Assembly: GCA_963764515.1 (NCBI GenBank)
Contig: CAVXSS010000001.1
Location: forward strand, 991,672 to 1,055,671
Direction of reading: 5' to 3'
Length of the DNA: 64,000 bases
Source: an uncultured Chloroflexia bacterium
GTDB taxonomy: Bacteria; Chloroflexota; Limnocylindria; Limnocylindrales; CSP1-4
Below the pieces are notes generated by a model. The model saw nothing but the letters and a program-made list of their open reading frames with translations. It ran no database searches and was not told where the DNA came from. This document shows positions 9,792-19,403 of this stretch, piece after piece; the stretch's first letter is position 1, and each line of letters opens with the position of its first letter. The position numbers were made by a program, and so were the translations under genes.

Positions 9792-10829
9792 CTAGAGCGT
9801 GCCAGACCCTCCGGCGGCCTTCCAGTCCCCCGGACGGCTGATCGGAGACCCCCCGAACGTCCGGTGCCCGCGCCGGACCGCGTCGACGGTCCAGGCCGCG
9901 TGGCGCCATGCCGCGACCGTGCCCGCGAGGACCAGTCCGCCGGCCCACAACCCCACGAACACGAACAGCACGACCAACCCTGCGACCATGTCTTGATCGA
10001 TGAGCGCAGCTCGCAATGCGGCCCACGCGACCGACGCGGCGCCGGCGGCCGGCACGAGCACGAGCAGCAGGGTCGCGGTCGGGACGAGGAACAGCACGAG
10101 CATCCGCAGGGGGTGCGTCATCGCCTCGACCACCGCGTCCCGCAGCCCACCGGCGATCGAGGCGCCTTCGAGGGCGATCCGCCGCGCGGCGATGCCGCCG
10201 ATGACCTCGCCGACCAGCCAGACGAACACGACAACGACGATCGCATCGGGGACGGCGGCGAGGATCCGCCAGACGATCGGAGTCGCGACGTCACTCGGTA
10301 GCGTCAGTTCGGCGTACGTGACGGCCACGGTCCGCGCGGAGGCCCATCCGATGGCGGCGAGGAGCGGGAACAGCATGGCCATCCGGGCGGCGAGGATCCG
10401 GAGCGCCTGCCGGGTCGGGTCGAAGGCGTGCGGGGACGCAACGGGGATCTCGCGGGTCTCCGCGGGCAGGGCATCGTGATCCATGAGCGGACTCCGGGCT
10501 GCCACGTCCTCATCCCTGGCGATGATCGCGATGCCCTCGACCTCGATGACCGCCGCCAGGAACCCTCCGAACACGATCCAGGCCAGGGCACCGCCGACAC
10601 CGACGGCGACGAGCACCACGAGCATCGGCGATAAGCCACCGAACACGAACTCGACCAGGGTCGGACCGACCACGTTGGCGAGCCCGACCGGGGTGGGGAG
10701 CACGAGGATCGGGACCAGGAATACGACGATACCGCCCCGGACGAGGAAACCGGCCAGCGCGAGCATCCAGGTCGCCGGATGCGCGAGCGTCGCGAGCAGG
10801 GACGTGACGAGGGTCGCCCCCGGGGTCAC
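9792..10829 (-). CDS. Hypothetical polytopic membrane protein
   Basis: Several hydrophobic helices; GTGA overlap with the UPF0182 stop. Confidence 0.75.
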   Translation of the reverse strand: MTPGATLVTSLLATLAHPATWMLALAGFLVRGGIVVFLVPILVLPTPVGLANVVGPTLVEFVFGGLSPMLVVLVAVGVGGALAWIVFGGFLAAVIEVEGIAIIARDEDVAARSPLMDHDALPAETREIPVASPHAFDPTRQALRILAARMAMLFPLLAAIGWASARTVAVTYAELTLPSDVATPIVWRILAAVPDAIVVVVFVWLVGEVIGGIAARRIALEGASIAGGLRDAVVEAMTHPLRMLVLFLVPTATLLLVLVPAAGAASVAWAALRAALIDQDMVAGLVVLFVFVGLWAGGLVLAGTVAAWRHAAWTVDAVRRGHRTFGGSPISRPGDWKAAGGSGTL

Positions 10830-13800
10830 GGCGCGGGGCTGGGGGAGGCTCCGGGCGCCAGGCCGAGCCCGGGCGCGAGTTCGTCGAGTCGATCGATGGC
10901 TGCCTGGACGCGGGCGATCTCCTCGCCGTAGCGGGCGAGGTCGCCCGCGCGGAGCGCCGCCTGCGCCAGATCGGAATGGAGCTTTGCGTACGCGATGATC
11001 CCGGCGATGTCGGCCGGGAGCGGCTCCACCGGGCCGCTCGACGGCGTCGGCGCCGGGGTCGTGACGGGGCCGGGCGATCCACCAGGCGACGGCGAGGGCG
11101 TGGGCGTCGGCGATGGCGATGGCGTCGGGCTCTCGCCTCCTTCCGCGCGGAGCAACAGGTCGATCGCCCCTCCGAGCGTCGGACCCCACACGACGTTGCG
11201 GGTCGAGGCGACGACGATCCGCTGGAACTCGGGGAACGACGTCGCGGTCGATTGGAGGTAGACCGGCTGGAGGTAGATCAGTGACTGGCCGAGCGGGATG
11301 ACGATGAGGTTCCCGCGGATCACCTTGCTGCCGGACTGGTTCCAGAGCGAGACCTGCTGGCTGATGATCGGGTCCTGGTCGATCCGGGCCTCGATCTGCG
11401 TGGGCCCGAACACGGTCGTTTCCGCCGGGAAACGGTACACGCGGGTGGCGCCGTAGTTCGGGGCGTCGTTGCGTGCCGCGACCCAGGCGATCATGTTCGG
11501 CCGGTTCACCGGGACCATCGGCTGGAGCAGCAGGAACTCGGCCTTCGACTCGCCCGGCATGCGCATCACCACGTAGTAGGCCTCTGACGGCAGCGTTTGC
11601 TCGCTCTTCGTGCCCGTGGGAACCGTCCATAGGTCGTCATTGCGGAAGAACTGCTGCGGGTCCGTCACGTGGTACCGCCCGAACACCTGCGTCTGGACGT
11701 TGAACAACTCCTCGGGGACCCGCAGGTGGTCGCGCAGGCCGGCCGGCATCTGGTCCATCGAGGTGAAGAGCGTCGGGAAGACGCCCTGGTACGCACGGAC
11801 GATCGGATCGGTCGGATCGGCAACGTAGAAGTGCATCGTTCCGTCGTAGGCGTCCATGGTGATCTTGACGCTGTTGCGGATGTAGTTGAAGCCCGACGGG
11901 CCGATCCCCGTCGAATCGAGGGTCGTCGGATCGAAGCCCTGGGCATTCGGGAACCGGTCCGAGGTCGTGTACGCGTCCTGGATGTACACGAGGCGGCCCG
12001 ATCCGTCGACCACCAGGTACGGGTCCTTGTCGAAACGCAGGAAAGGCGCGATGCGCCCCAGGCGGTCCGCGAGCGAGCGGTGGAAGAGCAGTTGGCTGCT
12101 TCCCGTCACCTGGTCGCTGATGAGCAGGTCGAGGTCTCGGAAGCGCAGGGAGAAGAGCAGGCGCATCAGCGTGCTGTCGATCTTCACGCCGGTCTTGCCG
12201 GTCCAGTACGTCTCGGTGCCCGCCGCCGCGGATTGGTCACCCTCGCCGGTCGGGTAGTCGAACTCGGCCTGCTTCGCGCCGACGACGACGTAGTCCGACG
12301 GCCGCTCGCCGAAGTAGATACGCGGCTCGGTGATGGTCGGCGCACCGGGTACCGACTGTGGCGGCAGGTTCCCGATGAACTGCTGCGGCTGGCCCTCGCT
12401 GGTCACCTCGTTGACGGGCACCATCGCCAGGCCGACCCCGTGGGTGTAGACGATCCGCTGGTTCACCCAGCCGGTGGCGTTCGGGTTCTGGTCGAGGGCC
12501 AGCTCGCGGCCCGACAGCATGACCTGGCGCTGGACGTCATTGATGATGTACCGATCGGTGTCGACGTCCTGGAAGGTGTAGTAGCGACGGACCGTCTGGA
12601 GTTGGTCCAGCGTGTCCTTGAGCGGCCGGTAGTCCCACAGACGGGCGTTGCGGAACGTGTCCTCCTCGCTGTCGACCAGCGCCTGGGTCACGACCCCGTC
12701 ACCGCGGAATGGCTGGTCCGTCCAGGTATCCACCCCGTAGGCGAGACGCGTCATCGCAATGTTGTTCGCGATGTATGGCTGCTCCTGCACGAACTGGTTC
12801 GGGAGGACGGTGAACCGCTGGATGGCCTCCGGGTAGACCCGCCCGACGACGATAGACGCGAGGAACCAGACCCCGAGCGTCAGCCCGAGCGGCCAGATCT
12901 GGCGGGTGAGCGCCCCACCGACAAGGAATGCCGCGGCAAGGCCGGAGATGACGGTCAGGACGTCGAACGCGAAGAACTGCGCGTTCTGGTCGGTGAAGCT
13001 GACGCCCGTCGCGACCCCTCGCGTGCTGTAGACCAACTCGTACTTGTCGAGCTGGTAGCCGAAGGCGACCGACAGCAGGAACAGGCCACCCAGCACGGCG
13101 AGGTGGAGGCGGACCGGGGTGCCGAAGACGAGTCCGCCCCGGGTCGCCCCGACGACGTAGCGCACCAGGACGACGATCAGCGTCGCGACCACCAGGCCGT
13201 TGAACAGCCCTTGGACCAGGCGCAGGAACGGCAGCTGGAACAGGAAGAAGCCGATGTCCCGTCCGAAGACCGGATCGGTGACGGCCGGGCCGGATGGCGC
13301 GAACGGCACCTGCTTCACCCACAACAGGACCGTCTCCCACGCCGCGCCGAGTGACCCGCCGATGGTCACCGCGAGGAAGATGGCGAAGATCGTGAGCGCC
13401 ACGCCGGCCAGTGGCGTCAGGTCAGGCAGGTCCTCCGCCTCGAACGTGAGCGTCCGCGGCTCCCCGAAGCCCCGCGGGCCGCGCCGGGTGCCGGCGCTCG
13501 CCTGGGCCGCGGCGTTGACGCGGTCGATGAGGCCCCGGAGGCTGCCCGCTCCTTCTCCAGGCGGGGGGCTCAGCCGCGTCGCGAGCCAGAGGTTCGTGAG
13601 CAGGACCACGAGGGCCAGGAGGAAACCGCCGACGAACAGGCCGGCCTGGGCGCCTAGTCGCGTCCAGAAGACGCCATCGAAGCCGACGCTCGCGTACCAC
13701 AGGGCGTCTGTCCACAGGTCGATGCCGAAGCTGAACAGGATGATGAGGGCGACGACGACGACGATGATGACGCTGAGGCCGATGCGCCGCCCGGTCCGAC

Positions 13801-14206
13801 CGTTCTCACGGCCGTCGTCCGGGCCACCCGGCGGGCGGCGGCGGCGCGGAGGTTCGTCGGATTGGCGCGCCGGCCGAGACTGGTCCAGGCGTTCCGGCTC
13901 GCGATCGTGGTCGGAGTCACGCCCCGGGTCGGCGCCGCCGCCGTCGTCCGGGCCACCCGGCGGGCGGCGGCGGCGCGGAGGTTCGTCGGATTGGCGCGCC
14001 GGCCGAGACTGGTCCAGGCGTTCCGGCTCGCGATCGTGGTCGGAATCACGCTCCCGGTCGGCGCCGCCGTTCCCCTCGTCGTCGTCGTCGTCGGACGGTT
14101 CGCGATCGTCACCGGGTTCGTCCGGGGATCGGCCCGGGGATTCGCCCCGGACCTGCGCCTCGCGCCGCCGAAGCTCCTCCATGAAGTCGTCGAACATGTC
14201 GCGCAT
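10826..14206 (-). CDS. UPF0182 family membrane protein
   Basis: DPVFGRDIGFFLFQLP, NARLWD, DVDTDRY, YTHGVG, PRIYFGE and NYIRNSVK motifs. Confidence 0.95.
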   Translation of the reverse strand: MRDMFDDFMEELRRREAQVRGESPGRSPDEPGDDREPSDDDDDEGNGGADRERDSDHDREPERLDQSRPARQSDEPPRRRRPPGGPDDGGGADPGRDSDHDREPERLDQSRPARQSDEPPRRRRPPGGPDDGRENGRTGRRIGLSVIIVVVVALIILFSFGIDLWTDALWYASVGFDGVFWTRLGAQAGLFVGGFLLALVVLLTNLWLATRLSPPPGEGAGSLRGLIDRVNAAAQASAGTRRGPRGFGEPRTLTFEAEDLPDLTPLAGVALTIFAIFLAVTIGGSLGAAWETVLLWVKQVPFAPSGPAVTDPVFGRDIGFFLFQLPFLRLVQGLFNGLVVATLIVVLVRYVVGATRGGLVFGTPVRLHLAVLGGLFLLSVAFGYQLDKYELVYSTRGVATGVSFTDQNAQFFAFDVLTVISGLAAAFLVGGALTRQIWPLGLTLGVWFLASIVVGRVYPEAIQRFTVLPNQFVQEQPYIANNIAMTRLAYGVDTWTDQPFRGDGVVTQALVDSEEDTFRNARLWDYRPLKDTLDQLQTVRRYYTFQDVDTDRYIINDVQRQVMLSGRELALDQNPNATGWVNQRIVYTHGVGLAMVPVNEVTSEGQPQQFIGNLPPQSVPGAPTITEPRIYFGERPSDYVVVGAKQAEFDYPTGEGDQSAAAGTETYWTGKTGVKIDSTLMRLLFSLRFRDLDLLISDQVTGSSQLLFHRSLADRLGRIAPFLRFDKDPYLVVDGSGRLVYIQDAYTTSDRFPNAQGFDPTTLDSTGIGPSGFNYIRNSVKITMDAYDGTMHFYVADPTDPIVRAYQGVFPTLFTSMDQMPAGLRDHLRVPEELFNVQTQVFGRYHVTDPQQFFRNDDLWTVPTGTKSEQTLPSEAYYVVMRMPGESKAEFLLLQPMVPVNRPNMIAWVAARNDAPNYGATRVYRFPAETTVFGPTQIEARIDQDPIISQQVSLWNQSGSKVIRGNLIVIPLGQSLIYLQPVYLQSTATSFPEFQRIVVASTRNVVWGPTLGGAIDLLLRAEGGESPTPSPSPTPTPSPSPGGSPGPVTTPAPTPSSGPVEPLPADIAGIIAYAKLHSDLAQAALRAGDLARYGEEIARVQAAIDRLDELAPGLGLAPGASPSPAP
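13811..14068. repeat. Near-perfect in-frame tandem duplication of 129 bp (43 aa), 2 copies
   Basis: 13811-13939 versus 13940-14068 differ at about 3 nt; encodes DHDREPERLDQSRPARQSDEPPRRRRPPGGPDDG twice. Confidence 0.95.
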
Positions 14207-14231
14207 CGCCGTCGAGTCTACCGGTGTTTGC

Positions 14232-14690
14232 TCAAGGCCGATGCAGACCCTCGACCGCGCGTCGAAAGGCCACCAGGACGGTCTCGGCCAACTCGTTGCC
14301 GCGCATGGTGGCGACCCTGGCCGGTTCGAACCGGAATGCAGCCCTGATCGCCGCGGGCGAGCGCCACGGACGGGTCGGGTCGTCAGGCGGGGCGATGGCG
14401 CCCAGGCGGAGCTGGAGTCGCCCGGCATCCTCGAGGATGAACCCCGAGAGGGCGCCCGCGACCGCTGGACCGAGGCGGGCCAGGGGAGGGTCCGGCGGTG
14501 GCCCGGCGACCGGAGCCAGCTCGCGGAAGCTCACCACGCCTTCGTCGTCGGCGACCCACAGCATCGTCAGCCACCAGCCGTCGGGTGCCTCGGACGGCCT
14601 GGCCATCCCGGCACGCAACCGGCGGTCACCGACCCGGACCTCGTGCTCGCGAAGGAACGACGGGCCGGGCGACGGGAGACGATCGGGCAC
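14232..14690 (-). CDS. Hypothetical protein
   Basis: Globular-looking 152 aa ORF; TATCCT -10 box 6 nt before GTG. Confidence 0.7.
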   Translation of the reverse strand: MPDRLPSPGPSFLREHEVRVGDRRLRAGMARPSEAPDGWWLTMLWVADDEGVVSFRELAPVAGPPPDPPLARLGPAVAGALSGFILEDAGRLQLRLGAIAPPDDPTRPWRSPAAIRAAFRFEPARVATMRGNELAETVLVAFRRAVEGLHRP

Positions 14691-14728
14691 GGCCGCAGGA
14701 TAGCGGCTCAGCCTGGGGACAGCCGCTT

Positions 14729-15259
14729 TCAGGCGGGCGGGTCGGCCTCGGGCTCGGCGGACGAGACCCCGGACGGAACCGGTCCGGCGTCGGCTCCACC
14801 GTCCTCCTCGGTCGTGCCGATCGGCGTGAGACCGGCTGCCTCGGCCAGGTCCGGCGGGATCCTGAGGGGGCGGCCTTCGGCGGCGGCTTCGGAGAGGATC
14901 GCATCCGCCTCCGCCTGGAGGTTCGCAAGATCGGCCTGGATCTCGAGCTTGAGCATCTCCCGCCGGACGTCGAGGTCCGGGAACGCCACCGCCTTCGCGT
15001 CGCCGGGCCGGTAGACATCGTCATCGGACTCGCCGCTCAGCCAGGACAGCAGGCGGCTCCTGGGCTTTGGCTGGTTCTTGGAGCGTATGAGCGCCTGGGC
15101 GTCGATCGCGGTCAGGCCGGGCAGCTGCTCCCCGACCTCGCCGCGCAACGCGGCACCGCAGGTCGGGCAGGTGTCGGTGTCGGCCACCGAAAGCGGTGCC
15201 GAGCACCAGGGGCAAACGGAGGCGGCGGTCTCGCCAGCGGGGTTGGAAGCTTCGACCAT
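14729..15259 (-). CDS. Zinc-ribbon protein
   Basis: CPWC..CPTC; TAGCAT -10 box 7 nt before ATG. Confidence 0.75.
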   Translation of the reverse strand: MVEASNPAGETAASVCPWCSAPLSVADTDTCPTCGAALRGEVGEQLPGLTAIDAQALIRSKNQPKPRSRLLSWLSGESDDDVYRPGDAKAVAFPDLDVRREMLKLEIQADLANLQAEADAILSEAAAEGRPLRIPPDLAEAAGLTPIGTTEEDGGADAGPVPSGVSSAEPEADPPA

Positions 15260-15346
15260 GTCGCGAATGCTACCGCGCGGCGATAGCCCGGGAATACCCC
15301 ACAGGTCCGGGGTGGTGGGTCGCCGAGCGGGCTACTCGCAGGCCGC

Positions 15347-17128
15347 CTACTCCCATTCGATGGTGGCTGGCGGTTTCGAGGATATGTCGTAGACGACGCG
15401 GTTGACGCCCGGGACCTCGTTGACGATGCGGGAACTGATCTTGCCCAGGACCTCGTAGGGCAGCTTGGCCCAGTCCGCGGTCATGCCGTCCTCGCTGGTC
15501 ACCGCGCGGATGGCGACGACGTTGGCGTATGTCCGCCCGTCGCCCATCACCCCGACACTCCGGACCGGCGTGAGGATCGCGAAGCTCTGCCAGAGGCTCC
15601 GGTACAGGCCCGCGGCCTTGATCTCATCGATGACGATCCAGTCGGCGTCGCGCAGGGTGTCGAGCCGTTCCGCGGTGACCTCGCCGATGATGCGGATCGC
15701 GAGCCCGGGGCCGGGGAACGGCTGCCGGAGCACCATCGCGTCCGGCAGGCCCAGCTCCAGTCCGACCTTGCGGACCTCGTCCTTGAAGAGGTAGCGCAGC
15801 GGCTCGATGAGCTGGAAGCGCAGGTCCGCCGGCAGCCCGCCGACGTTGTGGTGGGTCTTGATCTTCTGGGCCGTCTTGGTCTCGGACGTCGCGGATTCGA
15901 TGACGTCCGGGTAGAGCGTGCCCTGGGTCAGGAAGTCGATCCGACCCAGTTTCGCGGCCTCCTCCTCGAAGACCCGGATGAACTCGTCGCCGATGATCTT
16001 GCGCTTCTGCTCGGGGTCCTCGACGCCGGCCAGTCGATCGAGGAACCGCCCGCGCGCCTCGACCATGACCAGGCGCATCCCGAGGTCTCGCTCGAAGGTG
16101 ACCCGGAGGAGCTCCGACTCCCTCTTGCGCATCAGGCCGTGGTCGACGTAGATGCAGGTCAGCCGGTCGCCGACGGCACGGTGGACGAGGGCGGCCGCGA
16201 CCGCCGAATCGACGCCGCCCGAGAGGGCGCAGATGACGAGCCCGTCCGAGCCGGTCTCGGCCGCGTGACGGTCGACCCGTTCGCGGATGCCGGCCACGGT
16301 CGTGTCGATGAAGTTTGCCGCCGTCCAGGTCCGCTCCACACCGGCGATGCCGACGACGAAGTTGCGCAGGACATCGCGGCCGCTGGGCGTGTGGACGACC
16401 TCCGGATGGAACTGGATCCCGTACAGGTTGCGCTCCGGGGCGGCGAGCCCGGCGAACGGTGAGGAATCGGTCTGCGCGGTGGCCCGGAACCCATCCGGGA
16501 GGCGGGTGATGGAGTCGCCGTGGCTCATCCAGACCGGCTGCTCGCGCCCGATACCGGTGAACAGGCCGTCGTCCTCGGTGATCGTCACGTTCGCGGGGCC
16601 GTACTCGCGGCGGTCGGTCGGGAGCACGTCGCCACCGAGCTCGAGCGCCATCATCTGCGCCCCGTAGCAGATGCCCAGGACGGGGATCCGCCCGCTCCAG
16701 ATGGCCGGGTCCGGGTGCGGCGCGTCCGGGTCGTAGACCGACATCGGGCCGCCGGACAGGATGATGGCCTGCGTCCCGCGCCGCAGCAGTTCCTCGAGGG
16801 TCGTGTCGTGGGGCAGGAGTTCCGAGTACACGTCCAGCTCACGAACGCGTCGCGCGATGAGCTGGGCGAACTGGCTGCCGAAGTCGAGGACAGCCACCGT
16901 GCCGGGTGCCGCCGGGGCAGACCCGATGGGTCGGTCGTCGGGAGACCGGTCGGCGGGCGGGGCGTTCAGCGCGGCCTCGAGGTACGCCTCTACCTCGGCG
17001 TCGTCCGGGGCCAGGACGCGGTGGCCCGCGTTGGCTTCCTCGCCGTGGACTGTCTTGCCGCGCGTCTTCGGCTCGTCGGCCGCCCGCCCGGCCGCCGAAC
17101 TTGACGTGTCTTCCGTGCCCTCCGTCAT
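15347..17128 (-). CDS. guaA: GMP synthase (glutamine-hydrolysing) with an N-terminal extension
   Basis: LDFGSQ, GICYG, QFHPE, SGGVDS and KPPATIEWE motifs; start uncertain. Confidence 0.97.
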   Translation of the reverse strand: MTEGTEDTSSSAAGRAADEPKTRGKTVHGEEANAGHRVLAPDDAEVEAYLEAALNAPPADRSPDDRPIGSAPAAPGTVAVLDFGSQFAQLIARRVRELDVYSELLPHDTTLEELLRRGTQAIILSGGPMSVYDPDAPHPDPAIWSGRIPVLGICYGAQMMALELGGDVLPTDRREYGPANVTITEDDGLFTGIGREQPVWMSHGDSITRLPDGFRATAQTDSSPFAGLAAPERNLYGIQFHPEVVHTPSGRDVLRNFVVGIAGVERTWTAANFIDTTVAGIRERVDRHAAETGSDGLVICALSGGVDSAVAAALVHRAVGDRLTCIYVDHGLMRKRESELLRVTFERDLGMRLVMVEARGRFLDRLAGVEDPEQKRKIIGDEFIRVFEEEAAKLGRIDFLTQGTLYPDVIESATSETKTAQKIKTHHNVGGLPADLRFQLIEPLRYLFKDEVRKVGLELGLPDAMVLRQPFPGPGLAIRIIGEVTAERLDTLRDADWIVIDEIKAAGLYRSLWQSFAILTPVRSVGVMGDGRTYANVVAIRAVTSEDGMTADWAKLPYEVLGKISSRIVNEVPGVNRVVYDISSKPPATIEWE

Positions 17129-17226
17129 CCCCGATCCGCCCTCCCACTCCGGTGTCGCCGCCCGCCTGGCACCAGTGTACCGGCGCGACGGCGGGGCGAA
17201 CCTTGTGAGCCGCGCGGCGATGGGCC

Positions 17227-17613
17227 TCACCCCCGGTTGCGCATCGCCTCGGCGGCCATCTCCAGGTAGCGGTCCAGCTCCGCGGCCACGTCGGGTGGCG
17301 GGGCGACGGCGGCCAGCGCCGCCCGCATGTGGGCCAGCCACGCGTCGCGCGCGTCGGGGCCGATGGCAAACGGGGCGTGGCGCATCCGGAGACGGGGGTG
17401 GCCGCGCTCCTGGTCGTAGGTCGTCGGGCCGCCCCAGTATTGGGCGAGGAACAGGGTCAGTCGGTGGCGAGCGCCCGCGAGATCGGGTTCGGGGTAGAGG
17501 GGACGGAGGATCGGATCGGTCTCGACCCCTTGGTAGAACCGGCCGACCAAGGCCTCGAAGAAGGGCATCCCGCCAGCTCGCTCGTAGAGGCTGGCCGCCG
17601 GCGTGTCGGTCAC
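17227..17613 (-). CDS. glbO: Group II truncated hemoglobin
   Basis: [16 protein letters not shown] and [13 protein letters not shown] motifs. Confidence 0.92.
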   Translation of the reverse strand: MTDTPAASLYERAGGMPFFEALVGRFYQGVETDPILRPLYPEPDLAGARHRLTLFLAQYWGGPTTYDQERGHPRLRMRHAPFAIGPDARDAWLAHMRAALAAVAPPPDVAAELDRYLEMAAEAMRNRG

Positions 17614-17623
17614 GCCGTGGAGT

Positions 17624-17740
17624 CTATCGAGGTCGGCGAGCCCTTCGCCGTGCCCGGTCGGCGGCCGCCATCTGCGACGCCGCGAGGTCGAGCAGGATGA
17701 GGGCAGTCAACGTGATGGCCAGCAGACCGAAGGGATCCAT
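17624..17740 (-). CDS. 38-aa single-TM microprotein (not in the ORF track)
   Basis: MDPFGLLAITLTALILLDLAASQMAAADRARRRARRPR; CATGCT -10-like box 6 nt upstream. Confidence 0.55.
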   Translation of the reverse strand: MDPFGLLAITLTALILLDLAASQMAAADRARRRARRPR

Positions 17741-17890
17741 GCCCTGAGCATGGCGGTCGGATCGCCCCATGGTCATCCAGCGAACGTCCCATCTCGCATC
17801 GGGCAGATGACGTAGACGCGCCCCCCGAACGGATGGAGGGCGTGTCCGTCCGCTGCCCGAGGATCGATGCGGTGGACGCCGCCCGCGGTG

Positions 17891-18166
17891 TCAGGCCGTG
17901 GCGGCAAGCATGCCGGCTGCGCGGCCGGCCGAGACGACCCCGCGGATGGCGAACCGGGCGGCGACGAGCCACGGGCCGATCATCCAGACCATCAGGCCGA
18001 GGCCCTCGGCACGTGCCTCGGGAGCGGGCAGCGAGCTCGTCGCGCCGAACGGGTCGAGGCCCACCAGGGTCACGAGCAGCCCATACCCGGCGACGCCGAT
18101 CCCGATCGCGGCGACACCAACGACGAGCAGGGCCGCGGCGGTCAGGCGTGGGAACGAGATGGTCAC
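17891..18166 (-). CDS. Small 2-TM membrane protein
   Basis: Hydrophobic 91 aa; AGGAG RBS. Confidence 0.6.
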   Translation of the reverse strand: MTISFPRLTAAALLVVGVAAIGIGVAGYGLLVTLVGLDPFGATSSLPAPEARAEGLGLMVWMIGPWLVAARFAIRGVVSAGRAAGMLAATA

Positions 18167-18187
18167 GATGAAGGTCTCCTGCGCCCG

Positions 18188-18430
18188 TCAGTCAAGAGTC
18201 GGAACGTCGAGCTGGTCAGCGACGGGCAGCTGCCAGGTCGGATCGACGGCGATGACGCGGTCGGCGGTCTCGCCGGTCCGGCGCGCGACGGCAGCGAAGA
18301 AGGCGGCCCGCCGGTGGGACACGATGCGGGCGTCCTTGCACGGGCAGCCCGCGACGAGGCAGGCGCCGCTCCGGGTCGGATCGATGGTCGCGACCGCCGC
18401 GGGGGCGGTCAGCTGGTCCGGGTGGAACAT
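18188..18430 (-). CDS. 80-aa protein with a C-x4-C-x-C..H motif
   Basis: MFHPDQ...GACLVAGCPCKDARIVSH...; strong AAGGAG RBS. Confidence 0.6.
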   Translation of the reverse strand: MFHPDQLTAPAAVATIDPTRSGACLVAGCPCKDARIVSHRRAAFFAAVARRTGETADRVIAVDPTWQLPVADQLDVPTLD

Positions 18431-18565
18431 GGCGCCTGGCTCCTTCCTGCCGGGCCCCGAATGCCGGGTCCCGATGCAGGCACGATGAACCCCGGGGTCC
18501 TCGGAGGGCATGGTCGACAGACGCAGCGGGGAGTGGACGGATGTCGGGTCCCACGGCGTCGCGCG

Positions 18566-19021
18566 TCAGGCCCCGGCGGTCGACTCCAGGCGCTGCCGGA
18601 ACGCTTCGAGATCGAGCGCCGCAGCGCGACGGACCTGCGGTGTCGCCATCGACTCGAGGACGCGGTACCGGAGCGGCAGTCCGACCTCGAGGTTCCATCG
18701 GAGACGGGTCGTCGGGCCGTCGGGCAGGACCGTGGCATCGATCTCGACCGTGATGCCGTCCTTGTCGCGGCCGGTCACGGCGAACCGGTTCGGGGCGTCG
18801 AACGCCGTGACATGGCCTTCGAGCGTCGCGGCCCGGCCGGCGACCCGCTGGTCGATGCGGAGCCTGGACCCTTCCGCGATCGCCCCCGGGTCCAGCACCT
18901 CGACGCGCACGATCCCGCTGGCGATCAGCCACTCCGGCCAGCGCTCGACGTCCGTGAGATGGGCGAAGACCTCGGCCGCCGGGCGTCCGAGCGGGACTTC
19001 CAACTCGAGCGAGATGGTCAC
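18566..19021 (-). CDS. SRPBCC (START-like) family protein
   Basis: RPAAEVFAHLTDVERWPEW signature. Confidence 0.85.
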   Translation of the reverse strand: MTISLELEVPLGRPAAEVFAHLTDVERWPEWLIASGIVRVEVLDPGAIAEGSRLRIDQRVAGRAATLEGHVTAFDAPNRFAVTGRDKDGITVEIDATVLPDGPTTRLRWNLEVGLPLRYRVLESMATPQVRRAAALDLEAFRQRLESTAGA

Positions 19022-19374
19022 GATCCCTCCCGGACCGGGCGGAGGCGGAACGAGGGGCCGCGCCCCAGTGCCTCCGACGGGGTCCCGTAGCGGATGATGA
19101 GGGCACCGACGGCACGGATGTGCTCGCCGCGCGACAGCGGCTCGGCGATCGCCTCGAAGCGTCGGGTACCAAGGATGACGCGGCAGCGCGGATCGGCCAA
19201 CAGGTTCCTGGCCCAGTCGGTCTCGTCGGACGCGGCGGCCACGAGCAGGCTCCCGCCCTCGGCATCACCGGGGTCCGGGACGAACCCGACCGGCACCGAG
19301 CGGGGCAGCCCGCTCGTCCGACCGCGTGTCTCGAGACGGATGACCCGGCCCCCGGCGACGAGGTCGTCCTCCAT
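19018..19374 (-). CDS. Nitroreductase / deazaflavin-dependent oxidoreductase (DUF385-like)
   Basis: LETRGRTSGLPR and DWARNLLADP motifs. Confidence 0.82.
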   Translation of the reverse strand: MEDDLVAGGRVIRLETRGRTSGLPRSVPVGFVPDPGDAEGGSLLVAAASDETDWARNLLADPRCRVILGTRRFEAIAEPLSRGEHIRAVGALIIRYGTPSEALGRGPSFRLRPVREGS

Positions 19375-19403
19375 CGGTGTCGGGGTCGGGTCGGGACGCG
19401 GCG

